NCBI RefSeq assembly: GCF_009914755.1
Contig: NC_060940.1
Length of the DNA stretch: 64,000 bases
Reading direction: 5' to 3' (one strand)
Origin: the human T2T-CHM13v2.0 reference genome, Homo sapiens
Shown here: in pieces, positions 41,319 to 55,513 of the stretch
How the letters are laid out: the number at the start of each line of letters is the position of its first letter
How positions within the stretch are numbered: position 1 is the first letter of the stretch
Notes under the pieces: model-generated
Told to the model about the DNA's origin: nothing
The model's input: the letters and a program-made list of their open reading frames with translations, nothing else
The model's database searches: none
Made by a program: the position numbers and the translations under genes

Positions 41319-41527
41319 GAGGGCCAGGGTTAGGGTGAGGTGAGTGATGATCTTAAGACCCTGTCTTTATTTAAATGTTGATGTTTTGTTGAACATGGAT
41401 TTTTTTGGCATTAAATTTTTTAAAGATTGCATTAAAATATTATCTTCACTATTGAGTGTTTTTCATGACCCCTTAAATTTTGCATTTGGAACAAGTGCTT
41501 CACTTGCCTCCCTTAGTCCCAGTCCTG
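41319..41527. mobile_element. MER96B-like hAT MITE
   Basis: Terminal inverted repeats agggccagggttagggtgagg ... cacttgcctcccttagtcccagtcctg, and internal ccccttaaattttgc. Confidence 0.7.
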
Positions 41528-41629
41528 GGCAAGGTACCCCTGGAGCCGTGAATACCAGGAAACAAAGTTCTTCTGCTTCCCTCTCATTCATTCATTCAGT
41601 CAGTCATTCAATTTTCCCAAGTCCCCCTA

Positions 41630-42034
<405 letters not shown>

Positions 42035-42089
42035 GGTATAAATAGAACTGCATTAGATGCCTCATAAAAAGCATCTTAGAAGGAAAATA

Positions 42090-42625
42090 CTAAGAACCAA
42101 GGGATCAGTTACAAGGTAAAGCAACAGTCCAGGGCGGACACGACTGTGACTCAGACTAGGTATGGGCTGTGGACATGGAAAGAAATGTGAAGATTAAAAA
42201 GATAGAGTCAACAGATATTGGTGGTGAACTGAATGTAGGGAATGAAGATGAGAAGTTTGTCAAAGGTAAGTCCCAGCTTTCTAACACGAGTAACTAGGTG
42301 CAGGTCATTACAGGTGATGAAATGGAGAAGCCTCAAGAAGGAGCAGGGTGGGAGTAACCATGCAGAGGAGTAGGGTGGGAGGAACCATGTGTCAGGGATC
42401 ACAAGATGAGCTTGGCAGTGAGGGGGAAAAGGGGTGGCTGGGGTGCATCCACGTGGAGTTCTCAAACATGGAGATTGGCCTGGAGATGCAGCTGCAGGTG
42501 TTAGCAGCATTTAGATCATACCTGAAGCTGTGGAGTGCATGAGCTTTCCTATGGAGGAAGGAGAACCACAAGACGGTCTGGGACCAAGCCCTAAGGGACT
42601 CTCCTACTTAAAAGGCAGGTAGAAT
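42090..42625 (-). mobile_element. L2 LINE fragment (resumes at ~43290-43455)
   Basis: gagtcaacagatattggtggtgaactgaatgtaggg...catccacgtggag...ggaccaagccctaagggactctcctactt. Confidence 0.75.
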
Positions 42626-43282
42626 CAACAGCAGATGCTGAAATTAGGGGGCAAAAGTATGATTCAAAACAGGATATTTGCATAATCTCAAAGAATCTTC
42701 CCCCGAGGTAATTATTAATTACAAAGGGGAAATAGTCATTTTAAAGTCGATGCTACCTTAACCAAATAATCAAAATTAATCTCACAACAATGAGACATAG
42801 TAACATCATGTGCCTCCTGATTTGATGCACTGAGAAGGACACAGCATCACTTCTGTGATTTCCTTGCCAAAAGTGCATAACCTCAGTCTAAACTAAAGCA
42901 AACATCAGCAAAACCCAAAATAAAGGTCACACTACAAAATAACAAGAGGGTACTCTTCAAGTCTGTCAAAGTCATGAAATACAAAGAAAGACGGAAGAAT
43001 TGTCCCAGATTGGAGAATATTAAGATGACATGATGACTAAATGCAATGTGTAATCCCGGAATGAAGTCTGAACCAGGCAAAAGACAAGAGTGAACCAACT
43101 GAAGAAATTTGAATAAGATCTGCCGATCAGTTATGAGTGTCAATACTAATTTCCTAGTTTTAAAAATTATACTATGGCTATGTAGAATGCTAACATTCCA
43201 GGAAGATAGACGAAGGGCAGATAGGAATTCCCTTGTAAAACTTTTGCAACTTTCTTGTAAGTCAAAATAAAGAGTTTTTAAA
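42626..43282 (+). mobile_element. L1MC (L1MC4-like) 3' end nested in L2
   Basis: aggatatttgcata...catcatgtgcctcctgat...gatgcactgagaaggacacagcatcacttctgtg...gactaaatgcaatgtg...ttttgcaactttcttgtaagtc. Confidence 0.85.
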
Positions 43283-43646
43283 ATATAGGTAGAGGAGGAG
43301 GACCCAGCAAGAGACAAAAATAGTGATCAGAGAGGAAGATGGGGATGGCATTGGGGAAGCCAAGCAAAGAGCCACATTAAGAAAAAAAAAATGGGTATTC
43401 AATAAAGTTAAATGTTGCTGAAAGTCAAATAAAATTCAAATGAGTCTCTTGGATTTTATCTCCTTTCTATATACTTTTTATTGAGGTTTAATATAAAAAA
43501 AGAAAAGTTCAGAAATCACAAGTGAATACCTATGTATAAAAACACCCAATTCAAGATACAGAACATTAACACCACCAAAAAGCCATTTCTGTACTATCTG
43601 TTATTGTCCTTCCTTTCTACAAAAGTAATGGCTGTTGTGACTTCTA

Positions 43647-44380
<734 letters not shown>

Positions 44381-46204
44381 TCATACCGTGGTAGTTCATT
44401 TTCATTCCCGCATTGTATTCCATTATGTGAATATAGCATGATCTGTTTATCCATCCTATTGCTGATGGCATTTGTGCTGTTTCCACTTCAGGGTTATTAC
44501 CATTAGTGCTGCTGTGAATATTTTGTATATACCTTTTGACACATATATGAATGTTTATCTGCTAGATATCTATCTATAAGTAGAATTTCAATTAAATTTT
44601 ACACTACAGATATGACAGGGGATAGCTGTTCAAAATATTGATTGATGAATTAATGAGAGGTGTCAGCAATTATGAATAATGCTCATGTTCCCCCAAAGCA
44701 GCTGCAAATGCCATTTTGTACTTCATTCTCAATATTCATGTTTATTCATGAAGGTGAGAAAAGGCCAAAGGCTTCATTCCATGAAAAAAAAAGATTACAT
44801 TGTGGGGCAAAGAAAAGATCTAGAAGTCAAAAATACTTGGTTTCAAACCCCAGCTGAGCCATGTTATTTGTTGTGCGAGCCTAGGCAACTTGTTTTATTT
44901 CTCTGAATTTTGGGTTCTTCAGTTTTAAACTTGAAATAGTATCTCCAGTTCCAAATGTATTGCATTTCGAATAATGCCTGATTCAGGTAACAAACATGGT
45001 AAACGTTCCTAAGAATATCCTCCTGGGAAATCTTGATCCAGCTTCTCCCAACTTCGCAAAATATTTATAGAGAAAACATGAAAATTTTAAATCCTGCAAA
45101 ATGAAGTTAGCCAAGTGACAATAACTCTGATAAATTTCACCTATCTACAAGGCTAAAGGAATAGAAAAGGAAAAGCACATTTGATAGGTATCAAATGTAG
45201 GAAACAGTGCAAAGCTTCTCTTCTGAGTGTGGATAGAAACTTCTCTCACTATGGGCCCCCGTCGTTCAGAAAAGCAAAGTCTATACCAAAAAGCAAACAA
45301 AAATAACGTCTTTCTCTTGTGTCCATACTGCTGTTTAAGACACCCAGTGAGGCTCTCCCGGACCAGACTCACCTCCCGCTATTGACTGGATGTTTGGAGA
45401 CCCAGAAAACGACATCACAGGACGTAAGTACCAGGAGGTCTAGAGGTGACTCATGGTTTCCTACAGGTGTAGTCTCCACAAACTAGAAATGATGACTGTG
45501 TCCCTGAAAGCAGGGACTGTTCATGTCAATTTTTTAATTTCCGTCTAAAATGTCAGAACTGGAACTAGATGACAATTTCAAGACAACAACCAGGAATCCA
45601 ACCCAGGAATTAGGGTTTCCTGAAAAAGCAACAAGAACAACTGGAGTAAAAAACATTATCTAAGTCATAGTTAGAGTTTACTTGGCTGGTGGGGATGGGG
45701 AGATAGATATTGATGATGCCGATAAGATTAGTATGAACTCCGAGTAATATCCATGAAAAGTTCTTCAATCAGATTGATCTTAGCAAATGTTTCAACAACA
45801 AAAATTATAAAATGAGTTCTATAAGAATGCAAGCAAAGGGAAAAAAGCGATATGATGAAACCAAAATTAAGGCAGGTATCAGACTTTTCCTCTGCTGTGT
45901 ATGAAATACCAAAAAACAATGAAGAAATATCTATAGCTTTGACAGGGGAATGGTTAGAACTCAATTATTTTATTGGGTAAACCACAAGAAGAAATTCTCA
46001 GAAGCCATATCATCTCAGAAACAATATCATCCATGCATTCTCCTTCAAAACTGCTTCAAAACAACCAATTGAAAATACATCTGGCCAACAGAAATGTAAT
46101 TTAAAACTCGATGAGACTATTAGTATAAAAATCACTTTTAGTTATAAAAGGAACGGCATTGGTCGCTGCAGTAATGACGGACACTCCCTGAGGGCTGACA
46201 AGGC

Positions 46205-46770
46205 ATATTAGTTTTCTAATTATGGTAGCTAAAAACAACACACACTTATTATCTTACAGTTCTACAGGTCAGAAATCGAAAATGAATCTTACCAGGATAA
46301 AATCAAGGTATGGGCAGGACTGCATTCACTCTGGAGACTCTAAGGGAGAATCAATGCCTTTCCTTTTCAATTCTAGAAGTTACCTGCATTCCTTCTCTTG
46401 ACCCTCCATCCATCTTTAAAGCCAGCAACACTGAGCCAAGACCTCACACAGTACGATCTCGCAGGCTCTCTCTTTCCCTTCCTTCTTCCACTTATAAAGA
46501 CCCTTATTACACTGGGCCCACCTGGATGGTCCAGGATAATCTCCTATCTCTCACACTGGGCTCACTCGGATACTCCAGAATAATCTCCCATCTCTTACAT
46601 TGAGCCCACCTGGATGGCCCAGGATAATCTTCTATATCAAGGTCAGCTGATTAGCAACCTTAATTCCACCTGAAATCTTTATTCCCCTTTGTTATGTAAG
46701 CTAACATTTTCATAGGTTCTGGAGATTAAGATGGGAACATCTTTGGGGGACCATTATTCTGTTTGTCCTA
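46205..46770 (-). mobile_element. MLT1D-like MaLR LTR with an internal 44-bp triplication
   Basis: atttattatcttacagttctacaggtcagaaatc...ctggagactctaagggagaatc...ggtcagctgattagcaaccttaattcca...acatctttgggggaccattattctg. Confidence 0.88.
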
Positions 46771-46923
46771 ATAGTGCAATAATCCTCACTTAATTAAGTA
46801 GCTCATTTCATCTCCATTTAATTTTCATGAGTTAGAAATAAAATGAATCCACTTTATCGAAGAGGAAGCTCAGGTTTAAAGCAGCAGCCTCAGAGTCATT
46901 CCAGTCAACTCAAACATTTTCTT

Positions 46924-47254
46924 GGTGGGCTACGCTGGCTCGCACCCATGATCCCAGCATTTTGGGAGGCCAAGGCGTGAGGCTGGCTTGAGACCAGGAA
47001 CTCAAGACCAGCCTGGGCAACATGGCAAGACCTCGACTCTACAAACAAATTTTTTTTTAAGTTAGCTGGATGTGGTGATGCATGCCTGTAGTCCCAGCTA
47101 CTGGGGAGGCTGAGGCAGGAGGATCACCTGAGTCCAGGAGTTTGAGGCTGATGAGAGCTGTGACTGCACCACCACACACTCCAGCTGGGTGATGGAGCAA
47201 GACCCTGTCAAAAAAAAGCAAACAAACAAACAAACAAAAAACAAAAACAAAAAA
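46924..47254 (+). mobile_element. AluJ SINE with (AAAC)n tail
   Basis: J-type features: gcttgagaccagg, cctgggcaacatggcaagacc, ggaggatcacctgagtccaggagtttgaggctg. Confidence 0.92.
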
Positions 47255-47259
47255 TTCTC

Positions 47260-47559
47260 AGTGTTGTACAGTGGCTCAAGCCTGTAATCCTAGCACTTTG
47301 AGAGGCCGAGAAAGATGGATCACTTGAAGTCAGGAGTTCGAGACCAGCCTGACCAACATGGTGAAACGTCATCTTTACTAAAAATACAAAAATTAGCCAG
47401 GCGTGGTGGCGCATGCCTGTAATCCCAGCTGTTCAAAAGGCTGAGGCATGACAATCACTTGAACCCAGGCAAAAGAGGTTGCAGTGAGCCAAGATCGCAC
47501 CACTGCACTCCAGCCTGGGTGACAGAGTGAGACTCTGTCTCAAAAAAAAAAAAAAAAAA
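47260..47559 (+). mobile_element. AluS SINE immediately 3' of the AluJ
   Basis: Full dimeric Alu with a poly-A tail. Confidence 0.94.
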
Positions 47560-47624
47560 TAGAGAGCTTTCCATACACATAGTTCAGACTTGGAGTCCAG
47601 TCTTGCTGAGGGAGAGATCATTGT

Positions 47625-47735
47625 TCTCATTATGCAGAGGAGGAAATTGAATCCTCTAGGAGATGAGTGACTTGGCCAAGGTTATTCAGGAAGCTAGTGG
47701 CAGAGTAAAGACCTGGACTCTGAAGCCAGTGGTGT
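47625..47735 (-). mobile_element. MIR SINE core
   Basis: cattatgcagaggaggaaattgaa...gtgacttggccaaggttattcagg...agtggcagag. Confidence 0.7.
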
Positions 47736-48824
47736 TCTGGTTCATTTTGGAGTCTTTCAGGAATTCTGTTGGCACTTGAAATCCAAGTTTCTTGTTTCCA
47801 GAAGGGAAAAAAAAAAATTGATGCTCATTTTCTGTGTTTTGTCATAGCACCAATCCTGGAGCTTAGTTCTGCCTACAATTCCCAGGATCCCCTTACAGCC
47901 ACCATAAAATGTGCTTTTATCACTCACAATGCAGAGAATCAATAAAACAACTAGCGAGAAAGAAACCACATCCTTTAATTTCATCATCTCCAGAACCAAA
48001 AGGTTTTCATGTCATAGGAAAAGGAGGGCTTGAGCTATGGTCCTCAGAGGAACAAATTGCATTTTCATTCTGATAAAGAGAAGAGCCTATCTTTTCAGAA
48101 GTTGACCCGGTGATTCCAGAAAAAGCATAGGACCCTACACAGCCAATGAGAGCAGTTAGTGGAGCCATGTGTCACGTTCACCTTACTTAGCAAAGATCAC
48201 TAGGTGGCCTTTGAAAGGTAACACAAAAATGCTGTAGAATCTTGCCAGACGTGAGTTTATCAGATGGCCAGTTGAGAAGTATAAAATGTGGCTAGCTGTT
48301 TCTTTCGTTTTTGAGAAAAACAAATGACAGCTGGATTTTAACTACCTATTGTATTTTTACTCTCCCAAAACAGCTCAAAGAGTACTTTTCTTGTGCAGAG
48401 AGATACTTGCAATGAAGCTAACATGAAAGAATGGCCACTTCCCAATTATCCATCCATTCCTTCATTCTGGCTGCTCAGAAGGTGGCTGAGGAATGGGGTG
48501 ACTAAGGATATAGTCCATGTATTATAATCTCTCACACAGGCTGGAAAATTCTGATCCATGCATTCCTTGGTTTATTCCATGAGGCCTTTATTTTCAAAAA
48601 TATTGTCTTAAATTTACTTTTGTGGAAAACCCCTAGAATATCTTAAAATTGAGTAAATTGTAGATCCATAGCATTTTGACTGCCTCGTTCCAAATATACT
48701 GGATACATTTTTTTCAAACGTTGCCCACCCCATCTATGCTGTTAATTCCTATTCTCCCAGTCTCTTTTAGACATCGTCTAAATGTTAATCCCCTTCAATG
48801 TTAATCAAAATGCAATATGGAATA

Positions 48825-49645
<821 letters not shown>

Positions 49646-51459
49646 AAGGTAGAATAGTAGATGGCACTGTGCATACAATTAAAAAAAAACTGACTATTGA
49701 GCAATACTAGAATATTAGTTAACACAATAACTCAAAAGCATGCTTTCTATTTGGGGGCAGGAAACAGGGTATATATGTAACAACCCAAACAGTGGCATTT
49801 GAATATATGGTTTCTCCTACTTGAGCGAGGTCAGGTTGAATCTTGGAGGTTTTAAGGTCTACGTCATGAGAAATGTTCAAAGGGAAAGAGTCATCTTAGG
49901 TAAATATATTTCAAAATTCCACTTACATAGAAAAAGAGGTCTAAACTGGAAGGTTCTCTGGAGTTCCTTCCAACTCTGTGTCCGCATGGTTCCTAGCGTG
50001 TATCAGACGTAGAGGAAGACATCAGCCTGCCCCTAGATGGTAACAGTCACAACATGCTGACGGTTGCACTGTCCCATAGCCGGTGCCCTCAGCAGCCAGC
50101 ATGACCTTGTGCAAAGAGCCAGGGCTTTGGAGACAGGCAAGAGGGGGTCATGGTTCAGCTGGACCACCAGGTGAGTCCTTTGCTTCACTGGGTCTCGATT
50201 TTACCATCTCTGAAATGAGTCAGACAGACCAGGCAATGTCTATGACCCATCTGGTTCTACAAGCTTATGATTTTATGCCAACCTGGATGCATGGAGGAGT
50301 CACCAATGCTCAGGTATGAGAGGTGGTCTAGGTAAGAAGTGCAGTTACCAAGAGGCAGAGAAAACTGTATTGATGGGCACAAGCAAAAATTGAGTTAACA
50401 GTCACATAGGGCTGAGTTGTAGGTCACTACATGCCTCTAGGAGATTCCCTTATCAACCATCCAGAATCCTAAGTTTTTTTCCAGATTCCATCGTTGGGGT
50501 TAAGACATGGTCTCTGGAGTGAGACCTAGGAGAGCTTCCAACTCCAAACTCCACTCTTTGTTGAGTCTCACAATACCCCAAAGGCCAGGTTTTCTACAGT
50601 TCTCTCTCCCCACAAATGAGACCACAAGGGCTGTTTCTCTTGCAGCCCAGGAGATAGGAAAAAATAATAATACAAGCAATAAAGGAACTTTTATACAGAA
50701 ATGTATTTTGGGGCTACGATGTAAAGTCCCTTCAGCAGGAGCCACAATTTTCTTAAATAATCGTTCCCATAATTGGCTACTTGTGGGAACAACTAATTGT
50801 GCATGGAATCATTTGCCTGTACAACTCAGCATCAACCAGTAATTAAAGGCAGAGCCGTCCTTGCTAAATTTGGCTCCAGAAATAATAGTAATATTTGCAA
50901 GAGTTCAATGTCTTCCTGCCAAGGAACTCTAAGCCCCATTCAAATGGGTATTATTATTTTTCAAAACATCTTGGAAAAGGGAGACCTGCAACCTTGCCCC
51001 AAAGCAAACACAGTCAGAGAAGAACTATGCTGAATAATTCCCCTGCTTGTGTTTATTCTACCAGCTATGTTGAGCATATATTGAGCATCTTCCATGTGCT
51101 GGGTCTAATCCTTCCCTAAGCTAGTGTCTCCTTGATCTTCTGAGCCCTTCTCTTTGCATACCCTTTCAAAGGAGGTGGGAGGATAGAAAAAAATCATCCG
51201 AGTCTGCAAAAGACCTACCTTGGTTAATTTCTTACAGGCCATAGATAGATCCCAACTAAGCAGTGACTCCTACCTACCCCAAACCCTGCCTGCCACACAG
51301 CCACCGTGTTGAAGCAGTATTTGTCATTTTGCATCTGGAAGGTTGCCGCCACCTCTCAGCGGACTCCCCTCGTTCCATATTTGTGCCTTTTTGGCCCAAT
51401 CTTTTACCCAAAGAAAGCATGCATTGGTCTTAAATGAAAAAGTAGATCATGTATCCTCT

Positions 51460-51712
51460 GTTTGGTGGAGGGTTAAGTTATGACCCCCAAAAATACATGT
51501 CCATATCCTAACCCTCCAGTGCCTACGAATGAGATCTTATTTGAAAATAAGGGTCTCTGCAGATATAATTAAGGATCTCAATATGAAATCATTCTGGATT
51601 TAGGATGGGCCCTCAATCCAATGATTGGTGTTCTTCGAAGAAAAAGAAGAGGGAGATTGGACACAGACAGAGGAGAAGCCATGTGAAGACAGAGGCAGAG
51701 ATGGGAGGGATC
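51460..51712 (+). mobile_element. MLT1C-like LTR 5' part among L2 fragments
   Basis: cccccaaaaatacatgtcca...cttatttgaaaataagggtctctgcagatataattaag...gccatgtgaagacagaggcagagat. Confidence 0.8.
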
Positions 51713-52281
51713 CCTGCAAACTCTACCAGCTCTCCCATCTCCAAGCTCCTCTTTCCTGTCACCCTCCAACCTCCAGAACTCCCTCCCCTGCCCCAAACAA
51801 GCTTGCTCTGGCTCCCAGCTAAGGCTACGGGATTTTATCTTAGAGAGATGTGAAGTTCTTGAAAGGCTGTAAATTGAGGAAAGGAGAAGTAGTTGGATTT
51901 ATGCAGTGAAACTAATATAATGGGCTTTTGGGTACTAGTTGATCTGCTGAACCTCTGGCCTCTACACCCAGCCTGTCCCTCTCACTCTGCTCTCTAAGCT
52001 ATTGGGACCTTCCATCTACCCCTTTAATGAGCTGCATGCCCTTCTGCCACAGGGCCTTTGCATGTTCCAGTTTTCCCCACTCCACTGCCATCCAAATCAG
52101 TCTTCCCTTGCTTTTTGCCCAGATAGATGGGGCAAACGTGAATACCAGGAACCTGATTAGGAGGCTATTACAGCCACAGAAACTCATATTTTAAGTACTT
52201 AACTCATAGTCTTACAATAAACACTGTCTACGTAGTGCTATATTGAATTTAGATTTTACCAAACTCCTCAATGTTTTAGAG

Positions 52282-52507
52282 CAGGGACTGACAAATATTT
52301 TCAAAAAAAAGGGTCAGATAGTATACATTTGAGCCTCTGTGGATCACATAGTCTCTCTGGGTATTTATTTGACTCTGCCTGTGAAATATGAAATGGTGAT
52401 GGACAACACAGAAACAAATGGGTGTCGCTGTGTTCTAATAAAACTTTATCTACAGAAATAGGCAATGGGCCAGATTTGGCAAGCAGATCAAAGTTTGCTA
52501 ACTCCTG
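52282..52507 (-). mobile_element. MER58A hAT-Charlie MITE
   Basis: cagggactgacaaa...agggtcagatagta...tgtgttctaataaaactttat...gggccagatttggc...gtttgctaactcctg. TSD ttttagag/ttttagac. Confidence 0.88.
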
Positions 52508-52719
52508 TTTTAGACGAAAATACTTGAAACATCTACTGGTGGTCAACTTCGGTTTCGCTTTCTCTCTAATTCAGTCTAGCTACCCAATCAGTATATGGGC
52601 AAGCAGTTTCAGGAGGGTATGAATATACATTGGCAGCTCTAATCTTAGTTGAGATCTCTAACAAGAAAGTTTCAAAAGCAAAAGCTTGCAAGAAGAAGGT
52701 TTCCCTCCCATTAAAAGTT

Positions 52720-53330
52720 AATATTTTACATGATTTCCCCTTAAATAAATAGATCATCCTTTGAGCCAGCTAATCCTTAATAAATGAGAATCTTTACACC
52801 AAACTGAACTGAGCATCTCTATTCCCACAGCTATGTCCCCTCACCCTGGCCCTCTTTAAAGATCCATTGATTACTGCCAAGTCTCCATTGGTGGGATTAA
52901 TTAATTTATGAACTTGTCATTACATTTCATTGATTAAAATGTCCCTTCTTAAAGATTTAATTATACCCAAAGAGAAAAGATCTGCTAATTATTGTCCTTT
53001 ATCTAATTGAAGTTTTGTATTACAAATAAAGTTCAAAGGTTTAAGACAGTTGCCCTTTGAAACAGTTGGGCAAAGATGAGAATTTAATTAGAGATGAGAC
53101 ACCATTCTGTCTAATCTATTCCAATGAGAGAAAGAAAGCAAGCTGGACAAGATGGCTGGTCAGAAAAGGAAAACCTAGAAAATCTGTTAACCTTGTCGAT
53201 CACTTAATAGTTTTTAGCCAGTAGCTCCAGTTACATGCATTGTCAGAAGAGTTTGGGCTGCCGGCACAGTTACGCATTGTGTGAAGAGCGGGAATTCTGC
53301 CAAAGATATACTAAGTATTTAAATTTTCTT
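52720..53330. promoter_or_regulatory. Candidate developmental enhancer (repeat-free, motif-dense block)
   Basis: Dense TAAT/ATTA sites, TAATCC/GGATTA, TGTCA, inverted TCF/LEF sites TTCAAAG (53032) and CTTTGAA (53055), and SOX-like CATTGT twice. Inference from motifs only. Confidence 0.4.
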
Positions 53331-53652
53331 AAAAGTCCTGACGTGTGAAAAAGTCTCCAAAGAAGATTTTTTTTTTTTGTAATTTCATTTCTAAGATATT
53401 CTGAAGAGGAAATCAAAGTCATTCAGTAAACAAACTATTGAGAAACAGAGAAGCCTTTTGAAAAATAGAAACACCCTGAAGTCAGAAGGGTCTGGGTCCA
53501 AGTCTGCATGGAGGATTGGTGGAGGACCCTCCTTCCCCTGGAATTGTGTCTCCCTGGCAAAGAATCTTCTGTGGATGAGGGTCTCAGCTTCTTGTGCTGC
53601 CCATAAAGGAGTGAGCTCGGAATGTGGGGGCTTATTGGTCCGTGCTTGGTGA

Positions 53653-53692
53653 TTAGGTAAAGCCAATCTATTTAGGTAAAGCCAATCTACTT
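53653..53692 (+). repeat. 19-bp tandem duplication
   Basis: ttaggtaaagccaatctat / ttaggtaaagccaatctac / tta. Confidence 0.93.
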
Positions 53693-54129
53693 AATGGAAA
53701 TAAGTTCAAAATGGAATAAGATGATCTATTTATTTAAGTGGAAATCATGTAAATTATAAACTTTCTTTGGAAATATGAATAATAATTCATATCCTTTTGT
53801 CTCCACAGCCGACCCCTCTCTTTCCTACTCCCCATGTCCCACCCCTTACCCAAATCAATGTGGGGCAGTCACCTGCTCTTCAATCTGTAACTTTCTTTTG
53901 TACCTTGGTTGGCCTTTCGTAAAATCTTAACTCATGAGAAGGAAAGAAAGAAGAAGGCATCAACAAGCCCCGCTGGCCATAAATCTATGACCATATTTTC
54001 TAGCCAGCTTTAAAATACTAAAGGCAATATTTTAGACTTTATCTGTTTCACTCCAATATCTATCTGTCAATTAATTTTGAATTTGTGATAACAGGAAAAT
54101 ATCCTTATTTATTGGCCTGCTAAAATCCC

Positions 54130-54320
54130 AAACCTTAACAACTGTGTGACTTTGAATATTTTGCCTAATCTCTCTGAGTTCCAAGTTTCCCCAACAGTTC
54201 AAGTGGTAATGGTAAAATAACTTACTTCATGGGGTTATTGGGAAATTTAAAGTGCATTTAAGGTACTTTGTATGGCAGCTGGCACCTAGTAAGAGCTTGA
54301 TACACAGTAAATATAATAGT
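54130..54320 (+). mobile_element. MIR SINE
   Basis: actgtgtgactttg...cctaatctctctgag...acttcatggggttattgg...gctggcacctagtaagagct. Confidence 0.75.
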
Positions 54321-54904
54321 GCCTTCCACGAGCTAGAGAGGCAAAAAAAAAAAAAAAAAAGCAAGGTACAGTCTCTGCCCTCAAGAAGTTCAGTGTGTAA
54401 TTTCCACTTTCAGAATGTTCTTATACTGATAATTCCATCAAAATGTGTCCGTAAGAGGGAAGCAGGAAGCAAGTGATATTGAACATCAAAACACCTTATG
54501 TTTCACATTTGCTTCTTTTTAAACAGAATTCGTCTGCACAGAGACGTTCCTCCACCTATGTCTCCTGAGGCTGAAATGCAATAGAGGCTCTAGGAAGGGA
54601 AGACCCCTGTATACTCAATGGGGAACCTACTGGGCATCACGTCACTAAAGCAGGTCTTTGGGGAGCTGCAGAGGGGATGGAGAAGATGAAGAGAAGATCT
54701 TAAAGCCATTCAAAATGGGTAAAAATGGAGGGAAGAGAGCTGGGTGGGGTGAAGGACATGAACTGCTATCCTCTGAAAAACAAGGGAATTAGGGTCAACA
54801 AGAGTAGACTGAGAGGCCATGACACAGGCAGCACCTTTATGTGCCATGGGGCTATCACATAGCAGGGGCCAAATATATGCTGTGTTGTGATAACATACAG
54901 CCAT

Positions 54905-55110
54905 TATTGTGATCATGGCTGAGTTTTATTGAGCTCTGTCACATGCTTCACATGCCTTATCTTGTTTAATATTCCTAGCAACTGTCTGAGGCACATTCTT
55001 TTATCATACCTATTTTACAGATGTGGAAAACTGACGGCCTGAAAGGTTAGGACGTTTGTCCAGGACTGTAGACTCAGTCTGTCAGACTCCAGATCTCATG
55101 TTCTAAAGCA
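54905..55110 (-). mobile_element. MIR SINE
   Basis: tttattgagc...cacatgccttatcttgtttaat...cctattttacagatgtggaaaactga...gtctgtcagactccaga. Confidence 0.8.
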
Positions 55111-55149
55111 GATTCTGGATCATTGCACAGAAAAAATATTTTACGATGG

Positions 55150-55513
55150 TGTATTAGTCTGTTCTCATACTGCTAATAAAGACATACCCAAGACTGGGTA
55201 ATTTACAAAGGGAAGAGGTTTAACTGACTCAGTTCAGCATGGCTGGGGAGGCCTCACAACCATGGCAGAAAGTGAAGGAAGAGCAAAGTCAAGTCTTACA
55301 TGGCAGCAGGCAAGAGAGGATGTGCAGAGGAACTGCCCTTGATGAAACCATCATATCTTGTGAGACTCACTCGCTATCACAAGAACAGCAGCATGGGGGT
55401 GACCACCCCCATGATTCAATTACCTCCCACCTGATTCCTCCCATGACACATGGGGATAATGGGAGCTGCAATTCAAGATGAAATTTGGGTGGGGACACAG
55501 TCAAACCATATCA
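55150..55513 (-). mobile_element. THE1C-like MaLR solo LTR
   Basis: tgtattagtctgttctcatactgctaataaagacatacccaagactggg...ggggacacagtcaaaccatatca, with perfect 5-bp TSD gatgg. Confidence 0.94.

Noticed and set aside
42883-43317. 144-aa ORF (-)
   Set aside because: It is an antisense translation of an L1MC 3'UTR.
46509-46638. 44-bp periodic repeat as a CRISPR-like array
   Set aside because: The units are contiguous with no unique spacers, sit inside a mammalian LTR, and there are no cas genes.
48190-48215. Secondary CTCF-like words (tcactaggtggc here; also ~29018-29032 and ~50027-50044)
   Set aside because: They have mismatches at core positions and no supporting CpG context.
51280-52185. Alternating-orientation L2 fragments suggesting a rearrangement
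   Set aside because: They are more simply explained as nested ancient L2 and MLT1 insertions, and are too decayed to resolve by eye.
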